Shown here: positions 24,910-38,414 of the stretch, piece after piece
Position numbering within the stretch: position 1 is the stretch's first letter
How the letters are laid out: every line of letters starts with the position of its first letter
Source: Eledone cirrhosa
Taxonomy: Eukaryota
Direction: 5' to 3'
Assembly (NCBI GenBank): GCA_964016885.1
Contig: OZ024741.1
Location: forward strand, 340,256,001-340,320,000
Length of the DNA: 64,000 nucleotides
Position numbers and translations under genes: made by a program
The notes under the pieces: generated by a model
What the model was told of the DNA's origin: nothing
Database searches by the model: none
What the model saw: only the letters and a program-made list of their open reading frames with translations

Positions 24910-25156
24910 GCAAGTGACCTTTCTTCAAAGTATTTTAAATCATAACAGTATATTTATGTCCAGAACAAAAACCTAGACTAACTATTTGTTTGTCTGAGTA
25001 GGCCTTGTTGGTTCTCGTCCATTATGTTTCCTCTTCGTTTTTTTAGTATATTTATTGTTTTGTCGATGGTGTCCGATTTATTTCAAATCTTGTGGGGAGC
25101 TTCGTTGTAGGCATCCATGATGTTATTCAGCCCATGCCTATTATCTTTATTGTTAT

Positions 25157-25535
25157 TGGTGGATTGGCAGTATTGGTAGAAGGTTGGATGCCATCCTTTG
25201 CAGAAAAGAGTTACGGCCCTTTATGGTCTGAGTTCAAATCCCGCCGAGGTTAACTTTGCCTTTCATTCTTACAGGGTCGATAAAATAAAGTACCAGTAAT
25301 ACACTGGGATAATTGCTGGCCTTGTGCCAAAAGTAGAAACAATTATTATTGGTGGATTGGCAGTATAGGAAGTGCGTCAGGCACCATGCTTTGCAGCATA
25401 GAGTTATGGCTCCTTATGTTCTGAGTTCAAATCCCGCCAAGATTAACTTTGCCTTTCATCCTTATGGACTCTATAAAATAAAGCACTAGTAATGGACAGG
25501 GGTAGTTTGCCTTGTGCCAAAAATAGAAACAATTA
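25157..25535 (+). mobile_element. Two tandem SINE copies
   Basis: Same family as 6524-7093, opposite orientation. Confidence 0.8.
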
Positions 25536-25849
25536 TTAATATTATTATTGGTCATTGAAGCGAATGTACGTACTATCATGAGCTCGAGTAAGTTGGTTAT
25601 TTCTAAGTGTTTAAATCCTTTTGTTATTAATATTTTTTTTGTTTCAAAGGGGCATAAGATTTTAGTCTTTGCCCCCAAGAAAGGACTCCCGATTATATTT
25701 GCGCCATTTGGGCCCAAATACTTAACCTTTGTGTGTTTTTTAAAAAAATGTTATCGAGAAAAAAACATGGTGGAGCCATGCCCCACCAACTTTAAGTTTG
25801 CTGTCGTGCGACAGAGACTCAAATGTTGACACTTATAACGTTGTCCCTC

Positions 25850-28800
25850 CCACAACAATTTTGAAATGTAACACCACATTAGGCAATATCAGCACCACCA
25901 ACAACAACAGCAACAACAGTAAAAACACAGTCGTGAACAAGAAATACAACAGCACCAGCAACAAAGACAACACCAACAACAACAGCAAGGACAACCACAA
26001 CAACAATTAGAACAATAAACAACAATGCTGCAGAGATGAGAAGGCCCATCTCTTTTTTTTTGGGGGGGGGGGGGGGCGTAACGTAGCGATATAGGAGATG
26101 GCGGTTGCAAGACACATGGTAACCAAAACTGAATTTTCAGTCTCCCTGAAACCTCCAGCCATGGAGAAGCAAAAGTAATGCATGGTATCATATCGTACAA
26201 TTGATACAAGAGCGCGTCATGTGGAGAGATCCACAGAGGCTCAAATACAAAAGGCCTTGGGGAGTATGTGGGATGGAAAACCCACATCATCTGAGGCAAG
26301 AAGCATGCCACTATGGACGTCCTTTTTGCCACCACCCAGAAAGCAAAATCTCACTTCTTGACAACCCTAGGAAGTGAGGAAATAATATTAGTCCCCTTTT
26401 ACTGCAAGAAAAAGATTGCAAAACTCAGGGTGACCAAGGTCACGCTCTACATACCCGTGCCTTGGCTAGTCGTATCTGTTCTTGCAGACATTGAGGACAA
26501 AACGACCACTCTGCAGTTACAAAAGATGGAGAGAGAGGACTGATCTGGTATAAGAATAGAGATGCTCATCCAAACCGACCAGGACTGCATCGGTGCTATC
26601 CCCGATGAAATAAACCTCGGGAATGGTATCTAACTTCCCATATCTGTGGAAGGAAGGAAGGCACCTGAAATGCTACGACTTTGGGTCGAAGACTCACCTC
26701 AGGGCCTTCTGCCCACAGAAGATAACAAAGGTGAAGGTCCCCCTCCTTTCAATGCTGGAACCACTGCCATCAGGATCAGGGCAGGCAGCAAGGTCGTCGG
26801 GATCTTTTATGGAGAGTAGGGGGGCAACATCTGTGGCACCCACACCAAGGCCACAAACAACAAAAACAGCAGCAGCAGTGGCAACAACAGAAACAGTCGC
26901 AGTAGCTGCACCTGTGCCAAGAACGACAGACCAGGTTCCAATAACAACAACAAATGAGAGAGTAGAACTTATACCCCTCCCTGACTCTCACAGTCGGACA
27001 TTGAGTATGAGGCGGCTGAGGAGTGGAAAACGGTCTGCAACAAAAATAAAAACAAACATAAAAACAGTGCAGCTTTGCCCTTCAAAAGCGCGGAAAGCAA
27101 AGAAAAGGTAAAAGCTACAAGGTGACTTGCAGCAACACCACCAACACCACCATCACCACCAAAAACGACACCACTAACAAAGCACACACACACGCAGCAA
27201 CAACAACAACAACAAAAAAAACAATACCCCCCCCCCCCCCCCCCCAAAAAAAAATACACTGCCATAAACACAGACAATGAAGATTTAATGAAACACATAA
27301 AATTACACAAGCATTACAGACAGCAACTACTACACATCACCAACAAGTATACCCAAAAAACTGCCAAAAATAGAACTACATTTAGAACAATATAAAGATT
27401 TAAAAAATAAATTCCCCAATGCAGTTGGAGATTTCAGAAGTTCGCTGACAAAAAGAATATGCACAGATATTCTCAAGAAGGTGCTCACGACCAGCCAAAG
27501 GGACGATTCGACTGCCCCTTCTCTATGGAAACACGTAAAGTAATACTTTCTCATCTATCCCATTCCTCACCCAACATGGCCTTACTCTGAATAGGCAGTG
27601 TGAATACACATGGCCTGGGGTCGTCATGGAAGTGGAGTCACCTGCACAATGACCTCAGGTCAATGAACATAGATGTGGTGGCCATAAGCGAGACAGAATT
27701 TCTGAGGCACAGAGCTTCACATCCATTCTCAACAGTTTCAGGGTGAATGTATCTTTAAGCCATCTGGGATTTGGAAGCGGAGTTGCCATGTTATTTCATG
27801 CAGACCATCTTCCTGGACCCAGAAAGTAAGTGAGTGGTGCTGGATGTGACCAGCAGCGAAGGCTATGCTTTCACGCTAGTGGCTGTTTATGCCCCCGACA
27901 GGAGCAGGACGGCCAGATTTTTTCAGACGTCTAGACCTCTTCCTGGGCGACAGGAATGGTATCTTAGATTCACACTGGGATTATGTGCGATTAGTAGATA
28001 AGAGAGGAAGGTGAAAAAGCCTCACCAACCTGTTCAGACGTTTCCAACTGTCTGACAGGTACCGACTGGATCACCCGAATGTGCCAATGTGGACATGGGC
28101 AAACTGCATCGGGTCATCCAGATCGTATCTAGATAGGGTATTCTGTAGGGAAGTAGATAAGGCTAGCATAAGTTGTCCACGATTTAAAGTAGTTGACTCC
28201 ACGGACCACAAATTTGTGATCCTTGAAATTGACTTAGATAGACTCCACAGGCAAGGACCTGGTTATTGGAAGCTCAATGCCTTATTCCCGACATGAAAAG
28301 CTTAGAGACCAGGTTAGCAAATTAGATAAGTGAGCATTGACAGGAGCAATTGTCAACAACAAATGGTGGTTCGCCCTGAAAAGAGCGATTAGAATAGTCC
28401 ATTAGGTTCAGTATGGTGTTAGCAATAAAGAAAAATAGAGCAGAGGGTGAACTAGTTAGAAAACTAGACAAGGCGCTTAGTAAAGGCATTGTGACCAACC
28501 TACTAGCGGCGAGATTGCCCTCAACCAATTCTTCATTGCAAAACATGAAAGCTGCGCTGTCGGAACCGTTTAACATCATGCACTTGGTCCCCTCTCATTC
28601 CTGTTGTATGTATTGACGCTCGAACCATTACTGCATAAACTGGAGACATTGAGGGGTGTCCCGCACGAACTGGGATGTGAGAGAGCCATGTCAGCATATG
28701 CCAACGACATCATCATAGTGGTGTCAAGCGCCAATCACTTCAAGATGATCAGCACTACTCTAAGAGAATGCGAGGCGATGACAGGAACAACGATTAACCA

Positions 28801-30250
28801 GAAAAAGTCAGTGGATCTCGAGAACAGGTCCATACCATCCAACAATATCGTCAGGTGCTGGACGGATGGATCGGTTAAATTGCTAGGGGTCTGGTTTGGT
28901 CCGGTCCTCCAGTTGGACAAAAACTGGGACGAGGTGATGGGCGTGGCCTCCCTCACCCAGAAAGCTATCCCTGAAAGGTCGAGTGGAGGTGGTGAACACG
29001 TACATCGTGTCCGTCATCTACTACCGCCTGACCATCGTGACTTGTCCCAAGCCTCGCCTGACTGCACTGAAGCATTTGCTCTTTCGCATTTTGTGGAAGG
29101 TATATGCTCTGATAGTCAGGTGGTATATTTGCTGTCAACACTCACTATGTGGAGGGCTGGGCATGCCGTGGCTGATGATGCACAGACATGCGCTCAGGCT
29201 ATGGCATCTCCACCTCTTCTTTGATGGTAAACAAGTGTGATTGCCATTTGCTTGATATGTTTTTCCACAGCTCATCTCTTTGACAGAGCTGCAGTCCTGG
29301 GTCAAGCGAAGACCAAGAAGAAGTGCTTGGAGATTGGAATGCTCAGCCAATCAGGCACTGCGATCAGTGGAAACTCCACCTTGGAATTCTATAGAGGGTT
29401 AGTGGAGGGCGTGGGTGACGACGTCCTTAGGCAGACTGTAGGCATCGATGAAAATCAACTAGCCAATCTCTTCAGGAGAACTTTCGGGCCAGGGGCCATG
29501 AACAACTTCCAGAAATTCCTGGCCTGGCAATGCTACTGAGGAGCTTTGCCAGTTCAGGATAAACTCTACAGGAATGGAAGTGCTGTCGGCCAGTTGTGTC
29601 CGAGATGCATGGAGGACGATGAAACCATCCTGTACGTACTCATCCAGTGTCCGAATATTGCTGACTTGTGAAAACCTGCTGTCGCGTGTAGGACAGATCC
29701 AGCTATCTGCTGAGTCCATCGTGAAGATTGCCCCACCGCCTTCCTTTAGCCAGGAAGGGCAGTCAGTTTTTATCTGCCTGGTGGCCATGGCAAAAGAGGT
29801 TGTGTGGTGAACGCATCTGAAAGGGCTGAAGATGAGCACTTACCTCTTCAGCGAACCCCTGATTTACTTTTTCAAATTTCATTTAAAAAGGAAAATCAGG
29901 GTGGAGAGGGAAGTGCTCCCTTCCCAGCAATTTGTTGAAAGATGAGTGAGAGAATCAAGCATGGCCTGAGTGAATGGGCCTGCTCTGTAGATTGGAGATG
30001 GAAAACTGGGAGAGGCCACTTGCCTTGGTGGTCAGGGTATGTGAGCTTTCTCCATGAGTGACCCTCAGACATCTCCCCCTATTGAGGAATTTCCCATGTT
30101 TCATTTTTTTTGTTACTACTTTCTTTGTTATTGTTTTTCTTTACACACAGAAATTCACATTTGTATCATCCTGTGCTGTCCTTAATGTTATACTTTATAC
30201 CCTTGTGGTTAATAAAGAAAGCATTATTATTATTATTACTATTATTTTTA
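25850..30250 (+). mobile_element. Tx1/L1-like LINE, decayed and internally deleted
   Basis: ORF1 zinc-knuckle remnant (CYDFGSKTHLRAFC). Endonuclease from ~27576 (WTW, SYLDRV, TDH, GPGYWKLN). RT remnant (LTLEPLL, AYAND, GGLGMP) and CPRC...ET finger. AATAAA plus (ATT)n tail. Confidence 0.82.
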
Positions 30251-30254
30251 AATT

Positions 30255-31265
30255 GCTAGATCAAGAAATTGAGTTAAGAGAATTTGATCAAACACATATA
30301 CAAATACTTAGGAATCAATGAAGTAGATAAAATTCAATATACACAGGTGAAAAAAAGGTTTAGAAAGGAATACTACACACTGATTAGATTACCATTTGAA
30401 ACTGAACTAAATGCAAAGAATAAGGTAATTGACATCCATACTCCAGTGATCCGAATAATAAGCTGCAGCTTTAATATTATGATGTCGAAAGATTATAACT
30501 ACCATGAACACAAGGAGGATAGGGTCTTATGCAACTAGAAAACTGTTATAAAATAACTACCGTAGGACTACAAAAATATCTAATGAAGAACAAAGGAAAG
30601 TTAATAGAAATAGTTACAAAATATGAACAAGACAAAAAATTGTACTCATTCTTCAAGAAAGCCAATAAATTCAAAGCAGAAACCAGATTAACAGATAGAT
30701 GTGAGGACAATGAAACAACAACAGAAATTATGAAAAGCTTAAAATCTAAACTGAAAACAGACCTCCAGAATTCCATGTTAAAATGATGGCAAGGAAAACC
30801 CTTACATGGCCAATAACTGAAAATACTGAATAGAGAGGAAGTAGACAAGCAAAACTAACAAAACTAGCTACAAGGCACTGGACTAAAAGCCAAGATGGAA
30901 GGATTTCTAATTGTAGCACAAGACCAAAGCCTCCCCACTAGAAACTACCAGATGTACATAATGAAGCAGAACATAGTAAGTAACTGCAGGAGGTAAAGAA
31001 GTTATCTCTAGCTGTTCAGTCTTAGACAAAAAGGAATACATCCATAGATATGATAGAGTAGGGATCTACATACACTGGAAATTATGCCAACATTATGAAA
31101 TGCTAACAGTAAAAAGATAGTACAGATGCACATCTGAAAAGGTATCAGAGAATGACAAAGCAACCATTCTCTGGTCAATACATACAGACAGGGAGATCAA
31201 AGCCAACCAACCAGATATTATAGTCAAAGACTACAAAGAAAAAAATGTCTTCTAATTGATGTATC
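30255..31265 (+). mobile_element. R4/Dong-like LINE fragment
   Basis: YKYLG, KPLHGQ, AQDQSLPTRNY, NQPDIIV; related to 10280-10870. Confidence 0.75.
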
Positions 31266-31939
31266 AATCACCACAGATAGAAATTGTCCATAAGTCCCAA
31301 TCTAAAAGTCCTCCAAAAGAGTTTGCTCAGACTATCCTTGTTGATGCCCAATTCTCTTCCCAGGCCATCATCCCACATATCTGTAATTAACGCTTTACGG
31401 AAAGCAAGCATTGTTTTCTGGCCACCTATCATCTTGCCCAACTGGTAAAGTGTCATGAGCACCTGACAGCACTCTAGATGCCAGAATAATAGTCTTTTCT
31501 AGATGTTAAGAAAAATGAATATCATTATTCACAGAAAATAGATGACATGATAAGGTACTATACTAGCTTATTACTCATGATTTCCCAATATAAATCTCAA
31601 CTACACAAGTAATGATATACCAATTGCAATCAATTTAATTCTTTTCTACTCTATACTGTTCTTGTCAAAAATATTCTCATGCGTAAGTAATGTGATGACA
31701 ATAATGGAGTTGTTGTTGCTGTTCAACACCTAGTCAACCATGATTGAGCAGACCATACCATTTGTTTTTTATCAGAACTACAATTTTTTAAAGAGGGTAG
31801 GATGGGCCTTTCAAAAAGATGTAACTGCTGTCTCTAGCAGGTCGAGCAACTACTTAGATCAATGGCTTGTATTCTCTTGATTGTATATGCATGTGTATAT
31901 GCGTGTGTTTTCATATTTTAACTTTTTTCTCTGTTGCAG

Positions 31940-32163
31940 ATTACAGATGGGATGTCACTTTTTATGGTGGGCCGGTAGTAAAAATGCTACATCTTTTATT
32001 CATTGGAAATATTAAAAAATCTATGACTTTGTATACTAGTCCCAGGAACCTCAATACAACTGTTAAAAATGGAGAATTATACACATTCAACTTATTTAAT
32101 ATTGGAGAATTAATTGTATTTCGAATACTAAAAAGTGTGAATGGTATTTTGTTCAACCTCAAA
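31940..32163 (+). CDS. Host gene exon (phase 1-0), second PLAT-like domain
   Basis: ctgttgcag / gtgagt; DYRWDVTFYGG...LLFIG...YTFNLFNIGELIVFRI...LK. Confidence 0.8.
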
Positions 32164-33561
32164 GTGAGTGTTTTCTTACAGTTGGTATCTTACTGCTTTT
32201 GTCATTTGGATTGGCCAAAGTGTTAGACCATCAAACACAATGCCTTATGGTATTTTTTGGCTCTTTATGTTCTGAATTCAGAATCTACAGAGGTTAACTT
32301 CATCTTTCATTCTTCCAGGTTGATAAAATAAAGCAGCAGTCAAATGATGAGGTTGATGTAATTGAATTCCCTCTACTCCAAGTTATTGGCTTTGTGCCTA
32401 AATTGTACACAATTATTATGTATAATGTTAAATAATGACGATGTTTATACTTCAGTATACTGTTGGACTTTTTCTTTATCAGGTTTTGTTTTTGTGTGTG
32501 TGTGTGCGCATGTGTTACTCTGGTATCAAATAGTAATGCTACATCAATTACCAAACACACTTCTTGTTTCCAAACAAAGACCACATCTAGTTTGGGCTGC
32601 ATTTGACTGTTATTGTATATGCACTTTCTATTCTTATTTTGAGCTAACTAAAGGATGGAAGGTTGGCAGAATTGTCAGAGTACCAATCAAAATGCTTTGA
32701 AGCATTTAGTTATGGCCCTTTTACATTCTGAGTTCAAATCCCACCAAGCTCAACTTTGCCTTTCATCTTTCAAGGGTTGTTAAAATAAAGTATCAACAAA
32801 GTATTGGGGTTGATATAATCAACTTACCCCTCACCACAAATTGCAGGCCTTGAGCTTAAATTAGAAATCATTTTAAGCTGTCTGTGAGCATTCTGAAACA
32901 GTATGAATTATAGCATCATCACTTTCCTTGAACATTCTACATTTGGTTGGACTGCCCTGCTTATCTATCATTCACCTGATCCAATTTACCCTTAGAGCTT
33001 GTTCCTGTGCCACTAAAATTGACTTCCTCAGTCTCTTTTTTTCAACAATCCTTTCTTTAACCAAAATCAACTGTCCATGTTGTTCCTTATTTTTTCTGTC
33101 TCTGAGAAATATTGAATGGAGTTTCTTTCAGTCAAAGTTTGACCTTTTTTTTCCAAATGTGCCTCTTTTACTCCATTTCAACTCTACCAAACTATGTGTA
33201 ACCTACATCTTGTTACATGCTAAAATAAAAATGAAATGTATGCTTACATACATTTCTTAAAGCTTTAGTTATAAATCTGAACTGTTTGTACAGATATGGA
33301 TTTATAATATACTTCAGTTGCTTAGTGAACAATTTAGTATGTCTTTAAATTAATTACCACCATAGGCACTAAATTAGGCAAATTATTTAGTCCAGTTCTC
33401 TAGTTCCATCATATCTGATGGGTATATAAATCCTTTGGTTACATTTTTCTCTATGCATTGTGTAAGATTTGGTCTGTGATATCTTGTCCAACCCACACAA
33501 GTATGGAAAAGCAGACATTAAATGATGATGAGGATGTTAATAAATTGTTTTTCTCAAACAG

Positions 33562-33649
33562 ATGGAAATTAAAGGAAATAACCAGAAACATCATTTCATA
33601 CATGTTGGAAAATTAACAGCGTGGGGTAATTTTCTTTTGAATATCTGTG
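33562..33649 (+). CDS. Host gene exon (phase 0-1)
   Basis: aaacag / gtaagt; MEIKGNNQKHHFIHVGKLTAWGNFLLNIC. It parallels the 24813 exon (HFIH). Confidence 0.78.
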
Positions 33650-36124
33650 GTAAGTATTTTTCTTTTTGTTTTTTTGGGGGGAGAGTTAATTTTACTTGAC
33701 TACAATGTTCTCTCAAAGCTGTATGGGTGCATTGCTGCATAATCGCTGCATTGGTGACATACACATCAAAATGTTGCTGTGCAGCTTTGAAATGTTGCCA
33801 CTGAGTAGTTTTAAAATGTTGCTCTGCAGTGACTTTGAAATGTTACCACTGAGTAGTTTTGAAAAATTGCTAGGCAATAGCTTTAAAATGTTACTATACT
33901 ATAGATTTGAAATGTTTTGCAGTATCTTTGAAATCCTTCTGAGCAGTAGTAGCTTTGAATTTTGAATATACTTGTTCAAAGCCTCAAACATTCTGCTCAG
34001 TGGTTTTGAAAAATTAAAAGAAATGATGACAGACTATTTTTTTTTTTTTTTGTTTAATCCCAGATCAAGCTGATTGAGAAGATCTATGATTAAAGACTGT
34101 CCAGAAATTACTATCACCATCCTGTTTTTGGAGGATAATTCGGATTACATTGTCCTATGTGTCATTTCCTTATTTAAGTCAGTCGGGTAATGTGATTTCA
34201 GAGAGAATTGACTGCTACTTCTAGCAGGTCAAGCCTCTTTCTTTAGCTTATATCAATGTTAGTGGTGGTGGTGGTGAAGGTGGTGTTAGTGGCAGCAAAT
34301 AAAATACAATATATGCAAATTCAGAAAACTATTATGGAAAACATTATGAGTAATTCCCCTCCCTCTCCCATGTGGTTACACAAACTTCTAGAAATCTCCA
34401 TCTACAGCCATAACCTTTTTGATACCAGTCTAGTCAAAACTGGCTAAAGTTCTATGAAATGAAACTAGCTATTTTATAAGGTTCCTATTCAACCCTTTTG
34501 ATCCCAATCAAGTCCAAATGGACAATGGTCTTATGAAACAAAACAACCCATTTTAAAGGGTTCTTATTTCAATTTAAAACCTTTTAACATAATAAAATGA
34601 GTAAAACTAGCTGTTAAGTTAAGCCCATCTTAGGAGTAACCACCAGCAAGACTGTCTGAGTCAGAAGTCATTTATTTACTATAGACAAAAGGCATATTAA
34701 ATAGCATAACCACAAATTGGAGTGGGGGGGGGGGGGTCGCAGTCATATGACTGTGTGTTTTGTCAGTCATACACATGTTTTAAGATATATCTGGGATGTT
34801 CCATTATGTAGTGAAAATGGATGTGGAGGAGGGTGGCACACGTGTGTATGTGTGATATATATCACAATTGAATCAGGAGGGATTCCATGTTCAATCCTGA
34901 GCAAAATATGTGTCCAGAAAATGTTTTAAATTCAGTATATCACACACAATCTTATATAACAAACATATGTTAAGTTACTGTCTTAATAGGGAAATAATTA
35001 ATAATTCTCATAAATCCTTAAAAATGTTTCATTATTTAATTGAAATAGTGTATTTCATTAGAAATATTGCCACAAAAGGGTTAACAGGACACTGAACAAT
35101 TTAGTTTCAGATATAGAAAAAGGCAAGATGATGAATGTCTGGGCTAAGCTTAGATCTAAACAACATAAAATAATATAAATGTCTACATTTTGCAGCTAGC
35201 CTAGTCTTATTTCCAGCTTTGAGAAGAGAGGAGCAACATTTCACACCTGGTCTGGTCAAATACCAGTCTAAAGTGAGGTTGAGGCTCATCTGTCACATCT
35301 GACATGGGTCTATTACTAAATTGAGGTGGGGATGGAGGCTTACAGTTCACATCAGGTTTGGATATATTATCAGTCTGGCCCAACTACTAGATTTATATGG
35401 GCCTGGATATTTTATCGCTGGTTTTCAAATGAAGGATCAAAGTATAAAAAGCAGGGCATGGGTGAAATTACTGAGCTAAGCTTATTTTGTATATTACATT
35501 TGCAAAATAGTTTTGATTGATTTTGTTTTTGTTTTCTTCATACTTTTAAGTAATTAGGGCTGATGCTGGCTCTGCAAGCCACAGGAAGGGCAACCCTTCA
35601 AGAAAAATAGTCACTCCGAATAAACAAGACTGCATGCATAGACACGGACTCAGCAATAGTGAAGACAACCTATCTAAGGTGGTAGCCACTCTAAATTAAA
35701 ACTGATAGAGGTAGAGAGCACTATTCAATCATGTTAGACAATCTTTCTAGTGCTGGTAGCATGATAAAATGTATCCAATCCATGTAGTAAAGTGGCTGAA
35801 AAACCAGAAAAATCCTGCCTGAAATTATGGAAAGCACAACATATATTTTTCCCATTCATGAAAAAATGGACGTAAAAAGGAGGAGGAGCAACAGCATTTA
35901 GTTTTATATCTTTATATTCTGAGTTCAAACCCATCAAATCATCTTTGTTTTTCATACCCCACCCAGCATCAATTATAAAATAAATACCAGTAATATACAG
36001 GAACAAGTATTTAATGACTAGTTATTCAATTACAAAATTTAAAACTTTGTGTCCATCCAAAATAAATAAATTTTGAACCAAGTGTAATATATTATATAAT
36101 ACCTTGTTTGCTTGTTTCCAATAG

Positions 36125-36220
36125 GTGCGGAACTTGACAAAAAAACACTTATTAAGGAATGTTTAACAAATGTTTCCTGTAATCTTAATACTACCAGTTC
36201 ATTTCCAGGGAAATTCAAAG
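36125..36220 (+). CDS. Host gene exon (phase 1-1)
   Basis: ttccaatag / AG|gtaatt; 96 bp open; AELDKKTLIKECLTNVSCNLNTTSSFPGKFK. Confidence 0.68.
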
Positions 36221-36384
36221 GTAATTAAATATATATATATATGTATATATATGTGTGTGTGTGTGTGTGCATGTATATATATATATATAAAGAGAGAGAG
36301 TGAGAGAGAGAGAGAGCCATGAAGCATTGTGAGATATGTAGTAAAAGACCGATAATTCTCAAAAAGCTGATACAATGCACTAGA

Positions 36385-37462
36385 AAAATACAAAGAATTC
36401 CTTTCCTGTTAGTTTGCCTGCTATCCCATTACACTTCTTGTGTACCCAAGAATTGCATTGTTCACATTGTATAGAGCTTCTTTCTACTCCTTTTCTGCAT
36501 ATCGAGCAGGGCCACTTTCCTAGTGGGATCAGGGTCCTGTCTTCTTTCCTGTCTACTAACACGTTTGTTTTTTTAAAGTTCACTCTTAGTCCTTTTGATT
36601 GTAAATTCTAGTTCTTTGAGAATGAACAGTAGCTGAGAAATGACCCCTGATGAACTCCCACCTGTACCTTGAATTCTTAACTAAACTCACAACTTTCACT
36701 TTATTTACAGCTCCTCTGTACTTAATCCATTAGTTTTATTCCTCTGTAGTTGCCTCTTTCTAGAGCATCACCTTTTGCCTTATAGCAATTAATGAGTATA
36801 CTGTTGCACCAGTCATTGAGTATGATTCCATCCTGTATTACCTGACTGACTATGTGGGTTACTAGTTCAGCTTCTACTTCTTCAGATACTTTTAACATCT
36901 CAGCAACTATCTCTGATGGTCCCGTGGCTTTTCCATGCTTCATCTCCTTCATTGCTTCTTTGACCCTATAATTTTCGATTTCAATGGTTGATGCCTCAGT
37001 TGGGTAAGTTACAGGTAGTTGCTCTCCTTCCTATTCATTCTCCATATTCATTAACCTCTCATAATAACATTTCCAGGCCTCTTTCATTTGAACATCTGTG
37101 GTGCTAAGTACACCAGTGCCATTTGGAGCACACTTTTCCAAACTTTCTTTTTTCAGCCTCTTTCTATGTATACCTGTCATCTCTCTTAGCTACCTGGTAC
37201 TGGTCCCTGTTACCATCATTTTTCCAGTCTTTCCACACCTGTCTCTTGGCCTTAATAGCTCTATGTACTGAGCTGTTCCACCACCAAGTCACCCTCTTTC
37301 TGGCTCGCACTTTGCTCCAGCGACAAGTCTCATCAGTAGTTTGCAATAGATTGACATGTAAGAATTTCCAACTGTTCTCTGTCATATGTATAAATCATTT
37401 CTCCTCTCATAATATGCATCCTGTAGAGCCTTTATAAACCTATATCTAACAGAACGGTCCTT
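36385..37462 (-). mobile_element. Decayed RTE LINE fragment
   Basis: GKATGPSEIVAEML, NYRGIKLMD, WPCSICRKGV. Confidence 0.85.
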
Positions 37463-37891
37463 TATATATATATATATACCATATATACTTGAGTAATCTT
37501 ATGCAAAAGTTGGCCCCATAATTTTGGCCTAAAAATCTGGAATTTTTCAGAGAACTCATATAAAAATCAACCCTAGTATTTCACAGGTAACAGGTCAACA
37601 TTTGTGGGTCAAGGTATCATCCTGTATGTAGAAATAACACTGCTACAAAATCGTCCTGAATTTAAGGCAAACTTATATTATTGCAAAATTTACCCAAACA
37701 TGTGCCTACCTTACTCTAGCCTGCCCTACATTGGAATGCTTTGTACTTATAGCGGAATGCTCAAGGCTTATAGTAAAGCACCATATAATAGTGAGCACTA
37801 CTATTTATGGATTTTGTTATTTGCCAGGACGTGAGATTTGATGCCTAGAATCAGTGATATCACTGTAATTCATTGTTTTTGTTTTTTCCAA

Positions 37892-38080
37892 GGGCGGTGG
37901 ATTGGCAGTATCGGTAGAGAGTCGGACGCCATGCTTTCCAGCATAGTTACGTCCCTTTATGATCTGAGTTCAAATCCCGTCGAGGTTAACTTTGCCTTTC
38001 ATCCTTACGGGGTCGATAAAATAAAGTACCAGTAATGTACTAGGTAATTGCTGGCCTTGTGCCTAAAGTAGAAACAATTA
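37892..38080 (+). mobile_element. SINE, full-length copy
   Basis: gggcggtggattggcag...gagttcaaatcc...gtagaaacaatta. Confidence 0.85.
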
Positions 38081-38414
38081 TGTTTTTGTTTTTTTAGAGA
38101 TCAGTTAAGAGTCTATTACTGATTTAGTACTTTCGATTCTAGCTTGAATTTCAAGCCCCACAAAAGTAGTATCTAAGTTATAGTTGACCCCATAAATCTA
38201 ACTATTAAAAAATGGTCTAAAAATGTGACTTTTACACAAGTATATAGGGTGTATCCTCATCATCCTCGTTTAACATCCATCTTCCATGCTAGCATGGGTA
38301 GAACGGGCTGTCCCTTTATGAAGGATCAGGTTGGGGGACTGTGATTCGCTCACACAGAACTGGTTTTAGCTTGGTTTATACGGCTGGATGCCCTTCCTAA
38401 TACCAACCACATTT

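Noticed and set aside
33765-34010. Degenerate ~24-bp repeat (ttgaaatgttg...agt) with an 89-aa ORF
   Set aside because: Intronic minisatellite with no matching splice signals.
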